Positions 62,151 through 64,000 of a stretch of DNA of 64,000 nucleotides are shown piece after piece. The notes beneath the pieces were generated by a model. The model searched no databases. It was not told where the DNA came from and saw only the letters and a list, made by a program, of their open reading frames with translations. Made by a program: the position numbers and the translations under genes. The stretch comes from Schizochytrium sp. TIO01 (taxonomy: Eukaryota; Protista; Bigyra: Labyrinthulomycetes), in the NCBI GenBank assembly GCA_004764695.1, contig SMSO01000005.1, forward strand, positions 310,001 through 374,000, given 5' to 3'. Position 1 is the stretch's first letter. Each line of letters opens with the position of its first letter.

Positions 62151-63212
62151 TTAAGGGCGCCAGGTGGACTGAGCCTCTTTGAGGCGCTGGGCTTGCGTTT
62201 TGGTCAAGGGGGGGAGAGACGACTGCAAGTAGACGGCAATTTTGGCGAGGATCTTTGCCTCGTCGCGGTTGATCCAGCGGTCGTACTTCAACATACGCTT
62301 GAGGTGTTTGTCAATAGCGCGCTTTGGCCTGCGGATACCGCAAAAGTTGGCAATGTCTGAGATGGTCTTAAGGTCCTGGGAAATGTAGACGCGGGTGATG
62401 TTCATGACCATGGCGATCTCTGCGGGCTTCCAGCGGCCCTGATCGTACTCCATCTCCTCGGCAAGGCCCGGGGAGCTGAAGCCACTGGGGGAGGCGGGTG
62501 CGGGCTGCACCTCGGACGGGACAATGTTCTCGCGAGTGCGCTTGGTGTAGCGCATGTCGTTCATCTCGCATGCGCGACGCTTGCGGGAGTCCATGACCTC
62601 TTCGTAGTCGACGCTTGCCTCATCGGTGGAGGAGGCGCCAGAAGAGGACGAGGGAGAAAGAGATCCAGCAGGCATCATCGGGGTGGTGCCAGCCGAAGAT
62701 CCGGAAGTGCTGCGCATGACAGCGCTGGGCACGGGGGTGGGCGGTGCGTGGCGCTGGTTGGAGTAGAAGTAGCCCTCAAAGCCCGGGATCGGGTGTTGCT
62801 CGAGGTCCTTGATCTGCTCGATTTCCTGAGAAACGTTGTTGCTGTGTTGAGGGTGAGTGTAGTAAGTCTCGTGGTACTGCTGCTCCTGGTGGTACTGCTG
62901 CTGGGGCGCGCTGTACTGCATGTGTTGCTGCTGCTGGTGGTACGGCTGCTGCTCCATAGGCTTGGAGGATGCGAACGGGTCCGTGGCGAACTCGAGCTGG
63001 TCCGCGAAGAACTCGTTGGCGACCTGGCGATCGTTCTGCTGCTGCTGCTGCATAGGTGCGCCGCAGTCGTTGGCAAAGTCATCCACGCCAAAAGTGTAGT
63101 CGAGCCAGCTGAGGTCCTCGTCAAGGGGCAGGAGGTTGTCCATGGCCTCCATGCCACCGCCCATCGATTCGTACGAGGCCGCACGTTGCGGCATGCCGGG
63201 AAGAAGGCACAT
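62151..63212 (-). CDS. Putative transcription factor: acidic/Gln-rich N terminus, basic NLS-like patches, divergent Myb/SANT-like C-terminal domain (353 aa)
   Basis: GC3-rich codons and a CA-rich leader (CAACACAACAACAGCAAAAATG). Poly-Q and Ser/Pro-rich low-complexity regions; SRKRRA and KRTR. GRWKPAE...ISDIANFCGIRRPKRAIDKHLKRML resembles the Myb pattern G.W..EE...IA...R. The CDS is well supported; the domain call is tentative. Confidence 0.8.
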   Translation of the reverse strand: MCLLPGMPQRAASYESMGGGMEAMDNLLPLDEDLSWLDYTFGVDDFANDCGAPMQQQQQNDRQVANEFFADQLEFATDPFASSKPMEQQPYHQQQQHMQYSAPQQQYHQEQQYHETYYTHPQHSNNVSQEIEQIKDLEQHPIPGFEGYFYSNQRHAPPTPVPSAVMRSTSGSSAGTTPMMPAGSLSPSSSSGASSTDEASVDYEEVMDSRKRRACEMNDMRYTKRTRENIVPSEVQPAPASPSGFSSPGLAEEMEYDQGRWKPAEIAMVMNITRVYISQDLKTISDIANFCGIRRPKRAIDKHLKRMLKYDRWINRDEAKILAKIAVYLQSSLPPLTKTQAQRLKEAQSTWRP

Positions 63213-64000
63213 TTTTGCTGTTGTTGTGTTGCTTGAGGAGTAAGTTAACTGATCTAGACCGTCACGGTCCTTCCTTGCTAGGGGTGCTCAAAACCACCGA
63301 CCTGATGCAAGCAAGTCCTTTGCTCCTGTGCTCCGCTGCTGCTGCTGCTGCTGCTGTCGCTTCGGCGTGTCTGGTGCCGAGCTTTGAATGTTTGAGATCC
63401 GAGTTTGCTGATGGCTTCGCGCGCCCTTTCGCCCCATTTCTTTTACCTTCCTTTTACTTTCCTTTCAACTTTCTTTCTCCGCCCCTATTGCTGCGCCTTT
63501 GCCTCCATTTTACTTTTCTTTCAACTTTCTTTATCCTGTCTCTTAACCTGCGCCGTTGCCATATTGCCCACCTTTAACCCCAAACATTTAAAAAGTGTCT
63601 CCGCCCAGGGACGCTTCGCCCTGCGCGCGCCTTTTTCACGTTCCTAAGGAGTTGCACGGAAGCTTTGGGAAGACAGAGACGCGGACGCTTGTGTCTCTGC
63701 CGCCCTATTAATCCTTATCAAATCCCTCTTCCTTTTTTGCCTTTTCTTTTCCCTTTTTCTTTTCTTCCCCTATTATTACCCTTATATTATTTTATTTATT
63801 ATCTGACTGACTGCTCATTTACTCCTCTCTCAGTCTCACTCTTTCTTTCTCATTAAAAATAAATAAAAATTCTTTCTTTACATACTTACTTACTTACTTA
63901 CTTAGTCACTTACTTACTTACTTACTTAGTTCAAGTTCTCCCTCTCTACTTTCGCCATTACTACTAAGAATTAGTTTCAAAAACTTATTTTAAAACCTAA

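Noticed and set aside
62675-63236. Alternative-frame ORFs 62675..63184 (-) and 62748..63236 (+)
   Set aside because: Shadows of the GC3-rich, Gln-rich gene 62151..63212.

Overview
This is eukaryotic nuclear DNA. Mostly intronless genes with strongly C/T-ending codons, CA-rich 5' leaders and very dense tetra/pentanucleotide microsatellites suggest a thraustochytrid/labyrinthulomycete-like stramenopile (inference, not a database result). Only about seven genes are supportable in 64 kb. Three are co-oriented sugar-porter (MFS) paralogues separated by 11 kb and 24 kb of non-coding DNA; the middle copy has a +1 frameshift in a C run. The others are a small two-exon orphan gene missed by the ORF track, a class II DAHP synthase, a signal-peptide protein with a C-terminal J domain, and a Gln-rich protein with a divergent Myb/SANT-like C terminus. 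The most striking unannotated structure is a ~750-nt foldback at 47967-48716: two ~340-nt arms whose mismatches favour G:U pairs on the + strand, as expected of a long hairpin-RNA (siRNA/miRNA-like) precursor. About 1.6 kb downstream lies a diverged, one-armed sister copy with a well-conserved loop and an internal 62-bp micro-inversion. A separate pair of ~190-bp modular inverted repeats brackets 52973-58272. No tRNA, rRNA, CRISPR array or transposase was recognised.
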